A stretch of DNA of 64,000 nucleotides from a virus. Of the stretch, positions 52,307 through 61,762 are shown piece after piece. The number at the start of each line of letters is the position of its first letter. The stretch's first letter is position 1. The stretch lies in the IMG/VR virus record IMGVR_UViG_3300017565_000003. One strand, written 5' to 3'. Both the position numbers and the translations under genes were made by a program. The notes under the pieces are model-generated. The model was given only the letters and a program-made list of their open reading frames with translations. It was not told the DNA's origin and did no database searches.

Positions 52307-54100
52307 TTAAAAACCTGATTGCATAAAGAAGAGATAGTCATCAGAAGATGAATTATTATCATTTAATCTCTCACCTTCCAAAACCTTGGCTAAATAATTT
52401 GAAAATCCAAGACTACTAAATCTATCTTTCCTTTTTCCTGATTTTTCTTTAATTTTAATAAATCCACCAACAATTTCATGCTCAAGATTTACTAACTCAT
52501 TAACAAGTAAGGTAGCTTGAACAAAGGGTAACTCGTAGCTAACTTTATCCTCAACTGATGCACTATAATAATATTTTTTATCAGATAAGAAATCTCTTGC
52601 TTCAATTTCACTTATTGGTAATTCAATGTTAGAACTTTGTAGATTGACACGAAGAGAAGTTGCAATTTCATGATTAAGTCTAGCCCCAGCTTTAATTGAG
52701 AATACAACAGGTAGTGGGTTAGGGGACTTGGCACGACTTTTCATCTCTTCATCGTTATAAGCACACCAAGCTTCATACTCAACATCTCGTTGTTCATCAT
52801 ATTGAACTTTAGCTAGTTCATCATAAACCGACATACCGTTCCCGTGCGTATCAAGCGCAACGTAACTTGCTTGAAAATCTTCAAATATCTGTTTAATTCT
52901 TATAGCTTGATCCTCAGAATGCTTGCCCTCAATCGATTCAATATAAGAAACTTTTCTAAGATACTTGTCACCGTTTGGTATCAATCTCATACAAGTTATA
53001 ATAGTATTATCGTTTGCATTACCTCCCATTAAGGCAACGTCAACCCCCATGATACGAATCTCTCCGTCACGTAATTTCTCTTTACGCTTATTTTTTTGAG
53101 TAGAGTAATCAATATTCTTTATAGGGTAGAAAGGATTCTTTAGTTTTCTATTCTTTGTTATATCCTCAAGAGCGAATATAGCGTTCGCATTCTGACCATA
53201 CATGAGATTTTCGTACTCCATTAGAAAGCTGATCTCGTCAAAATCAGAGCTTTCACGTTCCTTTTGGATACGCTTTTTACTTAGCAATCCATGATGAATA
53301 GATGTTAAGTAGTCCAATGAAAATATAGCAACATCTTTTCCTTTTAACATCATGTCTCTGGCTGATTGCATTGATTTCCACATCCAGTGGGAAGTGTAAT
53401 ATGCAGATGAAATATATAGTTCAATGTTTTCTTCGGCTAAATGTTTATATTTTTCCTTTTTTAGAAACGGAGGTTGTCTATAAACGTTTAGAAAGGGCTT
53501 TAAAACTGTATTGAGGATAGTTTCATCAATCATACGAAATTCTTCCAAAATTAAGATGTTCCCGCGATACCCTCTTGAGTTTTCTGAAGAGGTGACAGCT
53601 TCAATTGTTGAACCATTATGAAATACTACACTTGCCTCGTTAGAAGATGATTTAATCTGTTTTATTTCTCTTGCTAAGTTAGGATATTGCATTAACTCTT
53701 TTTCAATTTTTTCGGTTATGATTAATTTCGCTTGTTTCTTTACGCCTGATGCTATAATTACTTTCGTTCCAGGGTAGAGTACACAGCGAGCACAAGCAAA
53801 AATACTTATCATGAACGATTTTGAGAGGCCACGAGCTGCTACAATCATTACGAAAGTATTAAAGTTCATAAAGAAAAGTAAAATCTTTTGAAAGAAAAAC
53901 AGCTCAATACCAAAATAATGATCTATAAATCTATGCATATTGAGTCTATAAAATGTTGTCCATTTCTTTATCTGTAATCTCATACGTTCGTCTTTGCTCA
54001 TATTATCTTTAACTTTACTAACGCTTTTAACTTTATTGAGTTGGTTCTGACCTTTTGAATTTTTATTTCGATCTACTTGATAATTCGGAATTCCAGCCAT
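52307..54100 (-). CDS. terL: terminase large subunit (YonF-like)
   Basis: AARGLSKS Walker A, RGYRGNILILEE Walker B, YISSA, GVDVA...ND RNase-H domain, RKDRFSS. Confidence 0.92.
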   Translation of the reverse strand: MAGIPNYQVDRNKNSKGQNQLNKVKSVSKVKDNMSKDERMRLQIKKWTTFYRLNMHRFIDHYFGIELFFFQKILLFFMNFNTFVMIVAARGLSKSFMISIFACARCVLYPGTKVIIASGVKKQAKLIITEKIEKELMQYPNLAREIKQIKSSSNEASVVFHNGSTIEAVTSSENSRGYRGNILILEEFRMIDETILNTVLKPFLNVYRQPPFLKKEKYKHLAEENIELYISSAYYTSHWMWKSMQSARDMMLKGKDVAIFSLDYLTSIHHGLLSKKRIQKERESSDFDEISFLMEYENLMYGQNANAIFALEDITKNRKLKNPFYPIKNIDYSTQKNKRKEKLRDGEIRIMGVDVALMGGNANDNTIITCMRLIPNGDKYLRKVSYIESIEGKHSEDQAIRIKQIFEDFQASYVALDTHGNGMSVYDELAKVQYDEQRDVEYEAWCAYNDEEMKSRAKSPNPLPVVFSIKAGARLNHEIATSLRVNLQSSNIELPISEIEARDFLSDKKYYYSASVEDKVSYELPFVQATLLVNELVNLEHEIVGGFIKIKEKSGKRKDRFSSLGFSNYLAKVLEGERLNDNNSSSDDYLFFMQSGF

Positions 54101-54934
54101 TTAGTCATCATCCTTAACATTAAAATCCTTGGAAATGTTAAAGATATTCTTAAATGGTCGAACGAACCAATTCTCAATATATTGCTTCAACTTGTCAAAA
54201 TCTTCGTATATTGACTTGGATTCAAAGTGCTCACAAGGTTCATCTTGTTCAACTGTCTTAATCCAAAGCCCATAGGTAGATAATCCTTTATCATCATTTG
54301 CACCAGTCGATTGTATTGGTTTAATATTCCCGTCATTATGTAGCTTTGATGACAGTTCCATTAAATCTTTAAATTCTTTGATATTACCATTAGCCAATGC
54401 CTTTTCAGCTTGTAAATGGACTTTGCCGATATTCTTATATAAGTTAACTTGAACGGGAGTTTCTGTTGCATAGTTATGGGAATACTCGAAAAAGAAATTC
54501 TCCAGATATTCTAGTTCGCTGTCACTATAACCTCGACCCCATTTTTTCACCAATTCTTCATTATCTGAAACGATTGTACCCTCTTCATTTCCGATTGGTA
54601 TATTTGTAGAGTCACTATCTTTCCATGTTAACTCTCTATTTTGGCGCAATCCTAAGTTTTTCATATAGATACGAAAGTTTGACTTATTAGCTTTTTCAGC
54701 TTCTTGAACAGATGAATCCCATAGATCTTGTAGGAAGGGCTTATCAACCATTCGCAAAGCATTCTTTATTTGATTTAAATTATCTCCATCACGTTCAGCA
54801 TAACTGCAATAACAATCTTTGCAAATATGCATTTTACCGGTACGACTATGAAAAGGGGAGGATGAAGCATAAAATTCATTTATACTCTTCTCTTTACCAC
54901 AGTCGCCCGAACAAGTTTGTCTGTCCTTTTGCAT
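54101..54934 (-). CDS. putative terminase small subunit (YonG-like) with N-terminal zinc finger
   Basis: CxxxC...FY.S...CKDC; abuts terL. Confidence 0.6.
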   Translation of the reverse strand: MQKDRQTCSGDCGKEKSINEFYASSSPFHSRTGKMHICKDCYCSYAERDGDNLNQIKNALRMVDKPFLQDLWDSSVQEAEKANKSNFRIYMKNLGLRQNRELTWKDSDSTNIPIGNEEGTIVSDNEELVKKWGRGYSDSELEYLENFFFEYSHNYATETPVQVNLYKNIGKVHLQAEKALANGNIKEFKDLMELSSKLHNDGNIKPIQSTGANDDKGLSTYGLWIKTVEQDEPCEHFESKSIYEDFDKLKQYIENWFVRPFKNIFNISKDFNVKDDD

Positions 54935-55052
54935 AATCTTTCACCACCTTATTGTTAAAAACCCTTTAGTTAAGAATCAATAGTAGAGAGGGGAGGACTA
55001 CTATTGATTCTTATAAAAAGATTCTTGAGGGGATATAGATAAAATTGATCTT

Positions 55053-55661
55053 TTAAATCAATTCATCGACAATTTTTAATTTGATACCTTCATCATCAGC
55101 AAACATATACCATTCTTCATCTTCTTTTTCTTCATATAAATCTGCTGAAATATCTGTATTATCAACTATGAAATTCTTAATACGTTCATCTAAACGATCA
55201 TAGAAATTCATAGTGTTTTTAGCTTTCTTAGAAGTAGAAGATACAGCCATAGAACCATCATGAATAAGAATTACTGTATTAGGATAAGCGACTCTATGAT
55301 GTCCACTAATCAATAGAAGAGCACCCATAGAAGCACAAACGCCAATTCCTTTTGTGATAACTTTAGTTTTACTTTTCTTAATGGCATCAATGGCTGCAAA
55401 TCCTGCAATCACATCTCCGCCATTAGAAGTAATCTGGATTTCAATTTGAGGACGATCATCGCCAACTAAACCTTTACGATCATCTTCTTCGTTCCACATT
55501 TGAATCCAGTAAACAATTTTATTAATAATAAAGGAATCTACTTCACAATTAAAATAGATTTTACGCTCTTTTAATCCTAGCCAATATTGATATTCATCAA
55601 GTGAATCAGGTAAATTCTGTACTAACTCAAGATATTCTTTATCAAAATCTATTTTTTCCAT
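55053..55661 (-). CDS. ClpP-family serine protease
   Basis: I.S.GGDV..G, CASMG (Ser), LIHD (His). Confidence 0.85.
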   Translation of the reverse strand: MEKIDFDKEYLELVQNLPDSLDEYQYWLGLKERKIYFNCEVDSFIINKIVYWIQMWNEEDDRKGLVGDDRPQIEIQITSNGGDVIAGFAAIDAIKKSKTKVITKGIGVCASMGALLLISGHHRVAYPNTVILIHDGSMAVSSTSKKAKNTMNFYDRLDERIKNFIVDNTDISADLYEEKEDEEWYMFADDEGIKLKIVDELI

Positions 55662-55752
55662 ATGTAAAACCTCCAAATATTTATTATTCAGAGGCATCGG
55701 ATGAGTGATTACCTCATCATACCTAAATTATGTATAGTTTATTTATAAAAAA

Positions 55753-56019
55753 TTATGATTCACAATCCTCATTACAACATTCTTCACAGCAATCACGTTC
55801 ACCATCAAGAACTTCTAACAACTCAATCTTACGATTAATATCGTTAACTAAAGCCTCTTTGAATCCTAAATCAGTTGCCTCATCAATTAACTGACGAACA
55901 AAGAATTCTAATTCATCAACTGTATTTGATTGTAGAATAAGTTCCATAAACTTTTCAGCTAGATCACAAGTTGGACATTCACAAGGCTCTTCGGTTTGTT
56001 GAAATTTTAGAATAGACAT
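55753..56019 (-). CDS. Cys-rich acidic hypothetical protein
   Basis: CECPTC near the N-terminus, CCEECC near the C-terminus. Confidence 0.65.
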   Translation of the reverse strand: MSILKFQQTEEPCECPTCDLAEKFMELILQSNTVDELEFFVRQLIDEATDLGFKEALVNDINRKIELLEVLDGERDCCEECCNEDCES

Positions 56020-56036
56020 CAATAATCTCCTTCAAA

Positions 56037-57077
56037 TTAAGATAGTAATTTTTCATATGTATCATTTATTACGTGTTTTCGCAATATCGCATAAGATAAT
56101 AAATTCCCAAAATCATATTTTTCTATATTGTCTTTTATTCTCACATGTGATTTATCAATATTGAATTCTATATGACTGTTGTTCTCTAATTTTTTCTTTG
56201 CATATTTAAACATATTAATGATTTGATCTTGTAAAGGAATATAATCTTTATTAGATATTATTTCTATCATTTTCCAACCTTTGTTTCTAAGAAAGTAATA
56301 TCTACTTCTTTCACGTTTTAAAAATTCTTCCTCTGTCATTTTTCCTAATTTCACATCTAGATTATGTCCAGATCCCTGGTACTCAATGTATAATTTCTCT
56401 TTAGGAAATGCGATGTCTAACATTAATTTACCTACTGGATAATTTAATTCACCGCCAAGAATATCGTGGAAATATTGTTGTTGTCTAGAAGTAGGAGCAG
56501 TTTTATTTTCATACATTGTTTTAACGTATTTCTCAACTGATTTTCCCTTTATTTCTGGAGATTGTGTAGCGATCTTAAATCCATATTTACGAAAATTTGT
56601 TTCGTAAATTTTTTCTTGTATTTCTTTATTAGCAAACACATTTTCCACTCCATATTTTTCTAAGTTACCTCTTGCGATTTTGTCTTTAATTTCTTGAGAA
56701 GCTAAAGGGCTTTCTACTCCATAACGCTCTAGATTGGTTCGTTTTTTCTTATTAATAACATCTTCAACATGTGCTACACTCTCGACACCATAGATAATAA
56801 GATTGCTTTCTTTTGTTTTTAATCCTCGACACTCATTACAAGCGTCCTTTTTGACAGGTGATTTTTCAGCAAATTTTAAATGATCACGGTACACTCTATC
56901 GAAAGGTGTTTCACAATAGTCGCATTTAATTTTAATCTTTTTATGACTGTTTACAGGTAAATCATTTACATCTACAAAAATAGTCATCTTACATTTAATG
57001 TTTTCGTAACCTTTATTGATAAAATGCTCTATATTTTTATAGTTTATACCTATTTCAATCTTTTGTTCTGGTATCAT
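56037..57077 (-). CDS. homing-endonuclease-like protein (T.LE.YGVE repeats plus Vsr/DUF559-like nuclease)
   Basis: CDYC...DAC..C; repeats NL..YGVE; LDIA, IEYQGSGH, GWK.IEI. Confidence 0.75.
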   Translation of the reverse strand: MIPEQKIEIGINYKNIEHFINKGYENIKCKMTIFVDVNDLPVNSHKKIKIKCDYCETPFDRVYRDHLKFAEKSPVKKDACNECRGLKTKESNLIIYGVESVAHVEDVINKKKRTNLERYGVESPLASQEIKDKIARGNLEKYGVENVFANKEIQEKIYETNFRKYGFKIATQSPEIKGKSVEKYVKTMYENKTAPTSRQQQYFHDILGGELNYPVGKLMLDIAFPKEKLYIEYQGSGHNLDVKLGKMTEEEFLKRERSRYYFLRNKGWKMIEIISNKDYIPLQDQIINMFKYAKKKLENNSHIEFNIDKSHVRIKDNIEKYDFGNLLSYAILRKHVINDTYEKLLS

Positions 57078-57173
57078 ATTATTCACCTTTCTTTGAAATG
57101 AAGAAAGGGCAGTAGGAGCATACCCTACTATTCGTCACCCGAAACACTGATTATGTATAATTTATTTTAAATG

Positions 57174-58394
57174 CTATTTCAATTTAAAGTCATATACAGT
57201 TGTTTTACCTAAACCACGTTCAAATATCATCATATTAGAACCGGCATTAGCCGTTTTCTTTAACTTAACACTATATTCATCAATTCCACAGATGGAAGGT
57301 GACTGATAGAACTCAATATTCTGCAATCCATCCATTCCAACTGTTTTATTATGGGTATTATGTAAGTGACCAGTTTTCAGCATATGTATTGGTTTGCCAT
57401 AAACATTTATGTAATCTTTAATTGAATTCTCTAAGTTTTTCTCATCTTGACCATGAGTAGCTAATATCTTAGTACCAACAATATCAACATAAACTAGACT
57501 TCTATTATCATGAATCGTGATATTAGGATTATCTTTTAAACTAGTTCTTAAAAACCACGTAACAATCCTCTCCATGTTTTCATGAGGGAAGTCACCTTTA
57601 CTTGAACCGAGTGGTCTAATTTCTGTATGATTGCCTTGACAAGAATAATAATCAACATAAACATGTTTAGATAATTCATTTAGCCAAGCTGACATAAACT
57701 CAGCAAATCCCATTGCAGAATCTAAAATTCCTAATTGAAGAACTTGTAGTTGAGACATCCTTAAAATACCATCAAGAGAATCGGAAAGATTGAAGACATT
57801 TAAATGTTTAAGATTCTCCTTTTTAACCTTTTGCAAGATTTGATTAAGTAAATCCCACATACGTCTTTCAAATATCTCAATATTATATTCATTGATAATT
57901 TCGCCTTCAAAGCCTTCAATACGAACTTCTTTTCCATAATGAGCATCTGCAATATCAACAGTAGCGTCAATGTCACCGATTGTTCTTTCAATCCTATACT
58001 CTGGAACTTTGACTGTTTTTCTGTTTTCTAATGAAATAAGCAATTTCTCGTAAAAGTTTTCAGTCCGACCTTGTTCACGAATCCATTTATTAATCTCATT
58101 CTTTTCGGCTTGAAGCTTAGTTCTCTCTAGTTGCAACTCTAATTTTCTCTGAGTCATCTTATCAAGAACATCATTATCTGAAATATTCTCAGTTAATTTC
58201 TCACCATAGTGTTCAGTAATTTCCTTATAAGCATAAGAAAGTTTACGTAGATGGTCAGGGGAGCAATCCAAGCTTAGCAAGTCACGAATTTCGATCCAGT
58301 CTAAATCTAACTCTTTGTTGAGTTTAGCTATACACAAGCGCACCTTATAATCAAAATCTGTCTCACTGTCCTGTCTTTTAAGAATAGAACTCAT
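57174..58394 (-). CDS. calcineurin-like metallophosphoesterase (YonJ-like)
   Basis: DAHYG, SDSLDG, GNH, HG, GHLH. Confidence 0.85.
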   Translation of the reverse strand: MSSILKRQDSETDFDYKVRLCIAKLNKELDLDWIEIRDLLSLDCSPDHLRKLSYAYKEITEHYGEKLTENISDNDVLDKMTQRKLELQLERTKLQAEKNEINKWIREQGRTENFYEKLLISLENRKTVKVPEYRIERTIGDIDATVDIADAHYGKEVRIEGFEGEIINEYNIEIFERRMWDLLNQILQKVKKENLKHLNVFNLSDSLDGILRMSQLQVLQLGILDSAMGFAEFMSAWLNELSKHVYVDYYSCQGNHTEIRPLGSSKGDFPHENMERIVTWFLRTSLKDNPNITIHDNRSLVYVDIVGTKILATHGQDEKNLENSIKDYINVYGKPIHMLKTGHLHNTHNKTVGMDGLQNIEFYQSPSICGIDEYSVKLKKTANAGSNMMIFERGLGKTTVYDFKLK

Positions 58395-58406
58395 TCAATC
58401 ACCATC

Positions 58407-58592
58407 CTATTCTTTAATAGGTAATTCATTTTCTTCTTTAATAGTAATTGAAACGTTTTTACCATTAAAGTCTGATAAGATTTCTTTAAAGTCGTAGACA
58501 AACTCTGCTTCTTTAGTTTGTTCAGTTATTTCCATAACGTCCATATCAAAAATACCTTTTAAGTTAACTTGATTCACCTTTTTGCTTGCCAT
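58407..58592 (-). CDS. yonK: YonK family protein
   Basis: MASKKV.Q.N.KG.FDMD.ME.TE.TKE.E..YDF..IL..FNGK.VSIT.KEE.ELP. Confidence 0.85.
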   Translation of the reverse strand: MASKKVNQVNLKGIFDMDVMEITEQTKEAEFVYDFKEILSDFNGKNVSITIKEENELPIKE

Positions 58593-58970
58593 TGGTAAAA
58601 CATCTCCTTTTTTCTCCATATAAAATAACCCTCCTAGATAACTAAGAGGGGAGTTGGTCTGCGACTAGACAGACAATGTATTTGCACTCAGTCGTGCGGT
58701 ACGCAAGGTACAAAAATAATGAATACTAAAGTAGGTGGGGCGGTCTCATGACTTTTCAGCAATGGTTCCCACATCTCCTACCAATCTTTCGAAAGGGCGA
58801 TAGCTACCTGTTCTATCCTCTACTTTAGGGAATCGTGTAATGTTAAATTCCTGGTCTACAATAGACAAATCTTAATAAATTACCGGATCACAATTGATCA
58901 ATTGTTTAATTTATTTGTGAGAGTAGTATGTTGCTTGGGTAAGTATAGTTTTTGCTATACTTGTCTTACA

Positions 58971-60227
58971 TTAAATTAACTCTGAAAGTGAGGCTATGTC
59001 CGATCTTTCAGTCTTATCAAGTGTCACTACACCGAACAATGAATTACCTTTTAACTTTTTAAGTGTGTTAATTGCAGAATTATGTTTATTGTAGTCACTA
59101 TCACTTTGTTTGATATCACCATTTAAGTAGATAAATGATTTTTCTCCAATACGAGAAAGTAATACTCTAGCATGATAGTCAGACATGGATTGTATCTCTG
59201 TACAATATACTCCACATCTATTGAAGCTTCTTCCACGTATAGATTCAAAGTGTTGAATTTCTATTTTACCTTTTTCAACCAACATTTCTAATGCTTCTAT
59301 ACCACCAAGCTGATCAGCAAGTGGCAGACTCCATGTTAGCATTTTCGAGAAAAGATCACCTTTCAGGAATCCAACTTCACCTGAATCTTTAAGTTTTTGA
59401 ATATTTCTAACAAAAACAATCTTATCAATTTCTTCTCTTTGGAGTGCTTGCATCATGTGGGCAGCCATCAAATGATCCTTTCCACTACCTGCTCCTCCTA
59501 GAACAAGATTCACTCCGATATTCTTATTTTGAAGCATATCAAAAGCAAGTTGTTGTTTTACATTAATCGGCTTTGTCTTGCCCATGAATAAATCTTCTGT
59601 AGGCTTAAATTTCAATTTAACTAATTTCTCACCGTCATAACGGAAAGTATCAATTGCTTCATACCCATTAACTTCACCAGAAGTACGATGATATGTAGGT
59701 TTAGTTTTATCCCAAACAACAAGATACTCATTTTCAGCCATATTAAGATAGTTGTCATCAGAGTTTTGGTATATTTTAGCAAGCATTGCCTGACTTTCTA
59801 CATCTTCACCTATGTATAAATCTCTAATTCCGGTATATGTTGAGTAATCGTTAATTTTATCATTATCTAAACTGACAACCTCAAGTCCAAAACCTTCTGC
59901 TTTATAAGTTAGTAGAATATCATTTGAAATGAGGGAGTATTGATTTTGCACACATGCAGCAAGAATATTGTTGTCTTGGTATGCGTCGTCATAGTCCTTA
60001 CCTAATTCAAATCCATTATAATCTTTAGCATCAAATGTGAACTTTTCTTTATTATTCTTTATGTATCTAGTTGCTTTTCTTGCTCTAAATGCTAACTCAT
60101 CATTATGTGAGGACTTATGTTTATCCAATTCTCTTAAAGTATGACTGAGTAGTACAATATTATAATCAGCTAGACTTTCAATATTGTCTAAGAGAATATT
60201 GGTATCTGCTACAAATAGTTTAGTCAT
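58971..60227 (-). CDS. PIN-domain PhoH-family ATPase (PhoH2/YlaK-like)
   Basis: ADTNILL, ELD..K, D..IL, SND; G.AGSGK, RGRSF, E.Q, SRIG, GD..Q.D. Confidence 0.88.
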   Translation of the reverse strand: MTKLFVADTNILLDNIESLADYNIVLLSHTLRELDKHKSSHNDELAFRARKATRYIKNNKEKFTFDAKDYNGFELGKDYDDAYQDNNILAACVQNQYSLISNDILLTYKAEGFGLEVVSLDNDKINDYSTYTGIRDLYIGEDVESQAMLAKIYQNSDDNYLNMAENEYLVVWDKTKPTYHRTSGEVNGYEAIDTFRYDGEKLVKLKFKPTEDLFMGKTKPINVKQQLAFDMLQNKNIGVNLVLGGAGSGKDHLMAAHMMQALQREEIDKIVFVRNIQKLKDSGEVGFLKGDLFSKMLTWSLPLADQLGGIEALEMLVEKGKIEIQHFESIRGRSFNRCGVYCTEIQSMSDYHARVLLSRIGEKSFIYLNGDIKQSDSDYNKHNSAINTLKKLKGNSLFGVVTLDKTERSDIASLSELI

Positions 60228-60354
60228 AATAATTACCCCTTATTTTATGATGTATTTCAGGTAGGGAAGGTAACGAGGGGTGGAGACAACCTACCTTTAT
60301 ATAGAAGGGAAGAGGTAAACTCAACCCTTCATAACTTTTAAACTTCGCATTTAT

Positions 60355-60441
60355 GGTAGCGAAACACCAACTTATAGCATTCACCCTTAAAGGTGGTGAG
60401 ACACCTGTTTTATCGGTCACGTTTAATGGCAGTGAAACGCC
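60355..60441. repeat. three 14-bp palindromic repeats at 36-37 bp period
   Basis: GGTAGCGAAACACC (60355), GGTGGTGAGACACC (60392), GGCAGTGAAACGCC (60428). Confidence 0.7.
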
Positions 60442-60485
60442 TATGTTAATATATATCCTTATTAATAGTTAAGTTTATTTATAAA

Positions 60486-60794
60486 TTATAAAGCAACAGT
60501 TTCTTTAAATGTCTTACCTGGTTTAAACGCAGGAACACGCTTTTCGGGAATTTCAATCTCAACTGTTGGATCTTGTGGGTTATGACCTTTACGTGCTTTA
60601 CGAGTACGGGCTTCAAAGTTTCCAAAACCAACAATTTGTAATTTACCTTGCTCGTTAGTTAAATCAACAATGCTATCTAAAACTGCATCTACAATAGCAC
60701 TAGATTCTTTCTTATTAATAGAAACTTCCTTTTCTGATAATACTTCCTCAACTAATCCTTGTACTGCGTTTACTAAATCTGTTTTGTTTGCCAT
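60486..60794 (-). CDS. HU-family DNA-binding protein (YonN-like)
   Basis: NKTDLV, GFGNF..R.R.AR.G.NPQ, VPAFKPGK. Confidence 0.95.
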   Translation of the reverse strand: MANKTDLVNAVQGLVEEVLSEKEVSINKKESSAIVDAVLDSIVDLTNEQGKLQIVGFGNFEARTRKARKGHNPQDPTVEIEIPEKRVPAFKPGKTFKETVAL

Positions 60795-60958
60795 AATGAC
60801 AACTCCTCCTTTTAATTCTATATGATAAATTTATTTATTATTAATCTCAGATAGAAAATTCCCAATTTTACTGTGTTTTCTCTATCATAGTAACAGAAAA
60901 ACAAAAAAACGCTGAAACCCTTGGTGTAACTGAGTTTGGAGTATTTTTCTAATGGTGG

Positions 60959-61762
60959 TTAACTTCTTTTTTTGTTGTATTTCTTATATTTTTCGAGCTT
61001 CTTATCTCTACTACATGCCTCACAAAAGTTTTGTCGATTGCTTTTTGCTTTTATAGGTATCCTACAACTTTCGCATTCTTTCACTCTATTTTCTCCACAA
61101 TATAAATCATAGAAGAATCCAATTACACTGTAATCATTTACCGAAAAAACAATGTCATCATCTTCTTCAATACCATACATAAACAGTAATTTGATTTTAC
61201 CATTTCCAGTAATTTCCACAATTCCTTTTTCATCCAAGACTCGAATAAGATCATGAATATTCTTTACAATAGATTTCTTTGTCTTATTGAAAGTAATCTT
61301 CGATGTTGCAACTAACTCTCTGTAATTTTTATGACCCCCAAAGTTAAAGTCACTACTTTTAATCTCACCATTTTTAATCTTTCCGAAATCTTTATTCAAC
61401 TTTGTTAAAGCTAACAATGTGAATACGACTCGCTTATAATCATGGGGAATATCCATTGCTTCTATAATACTTAATTCATTCTTTATGATATCCACTTTAT
61501 CTATTTGTATCAGTTTGTTCTTTGGATTTAAGCTATGTTTAACCGCAGTATTGATTATTTTGAAGTGAATTGCTTGATTAAAGCCTTTAAGATTGCTTTT
61601 GCAAAAATCAATTAGCACTTGTTTAATCTCATCCTCATTCTTACCTAAAGATTTATAATACTTAGCAATAATATTTAATTCAGTTGCAATGTATTTTGAA
61701 GTAAATCCATTTGAAATAATCTCCTCAGCATAATCCATTTCTTTGTAATGAAATTTATTCAT
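60959..61762 (-). CDS. hypothetical protein with C-terminal zinc ribbon, coupled to the RNA polymerase gene
   Basis: CESC...FCEAC; overlaps the RNAP stop. Confidence 0.7.
   Translation of the reverse strand: MNKFHYKEMDYAEEIISNGFTSKYIATELNIIAKYYKSLGKNEDEIKQVLIDFCKSNLKGFNQAIHFKIINTAVKHSLNPKNKLIQIDKVDIIKNELSIIEAMDIPHDYKRVVFTLLALTKLNKDFGKIKNGEIKSSDFNFGGHKNYRELVATSKITFNKTKKSIVKNIHDLIRVLDEKGIVEITGNGKIKLLFMYGIEEDDDIVFSVNDYSVIGFFYDLYCGENRVKECESCRIPIKAKSNRQNFCEACSRDKKLEKYKKYNKKRS

Noticed and set aside
55690-55726. Box C/D or K-turn RNA (AUGAUGA...CUGA on the - strand)
   Set aside because: Explained by a simple bulged hairpin AGGUAU-GAUGAG/CUCAUC-CG-AUGCCU.
574-57991. Many short shadow ORFs in the track (for example 1963, 6922, 7269, 12825, 25180, 32577, 33195, 40471, 42470)
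   Set aside because: They overlap well-supported genes on the opposite strand or in another frame and show no motifs.
60220-60420. 66-aa ORF over the repeat region
   Set aside because: No clear RBS, atypical composition, and it overlaps hairpin repeats; probably non-coding.
60355-60441. CRISPR or TIGR array
   Set aside because: Only three degenerate 14-bp repeats; no cas or Nop-domain gene in the window; no box C/D motifs. Kept as an unexplained repeat.
1908-60484. Recurrent intergenic AARTAAAYT motif as a late promoter or boxA element
   Set aside because: Frequent near gene boundaries but too AT-rich to separate from background without statistics.
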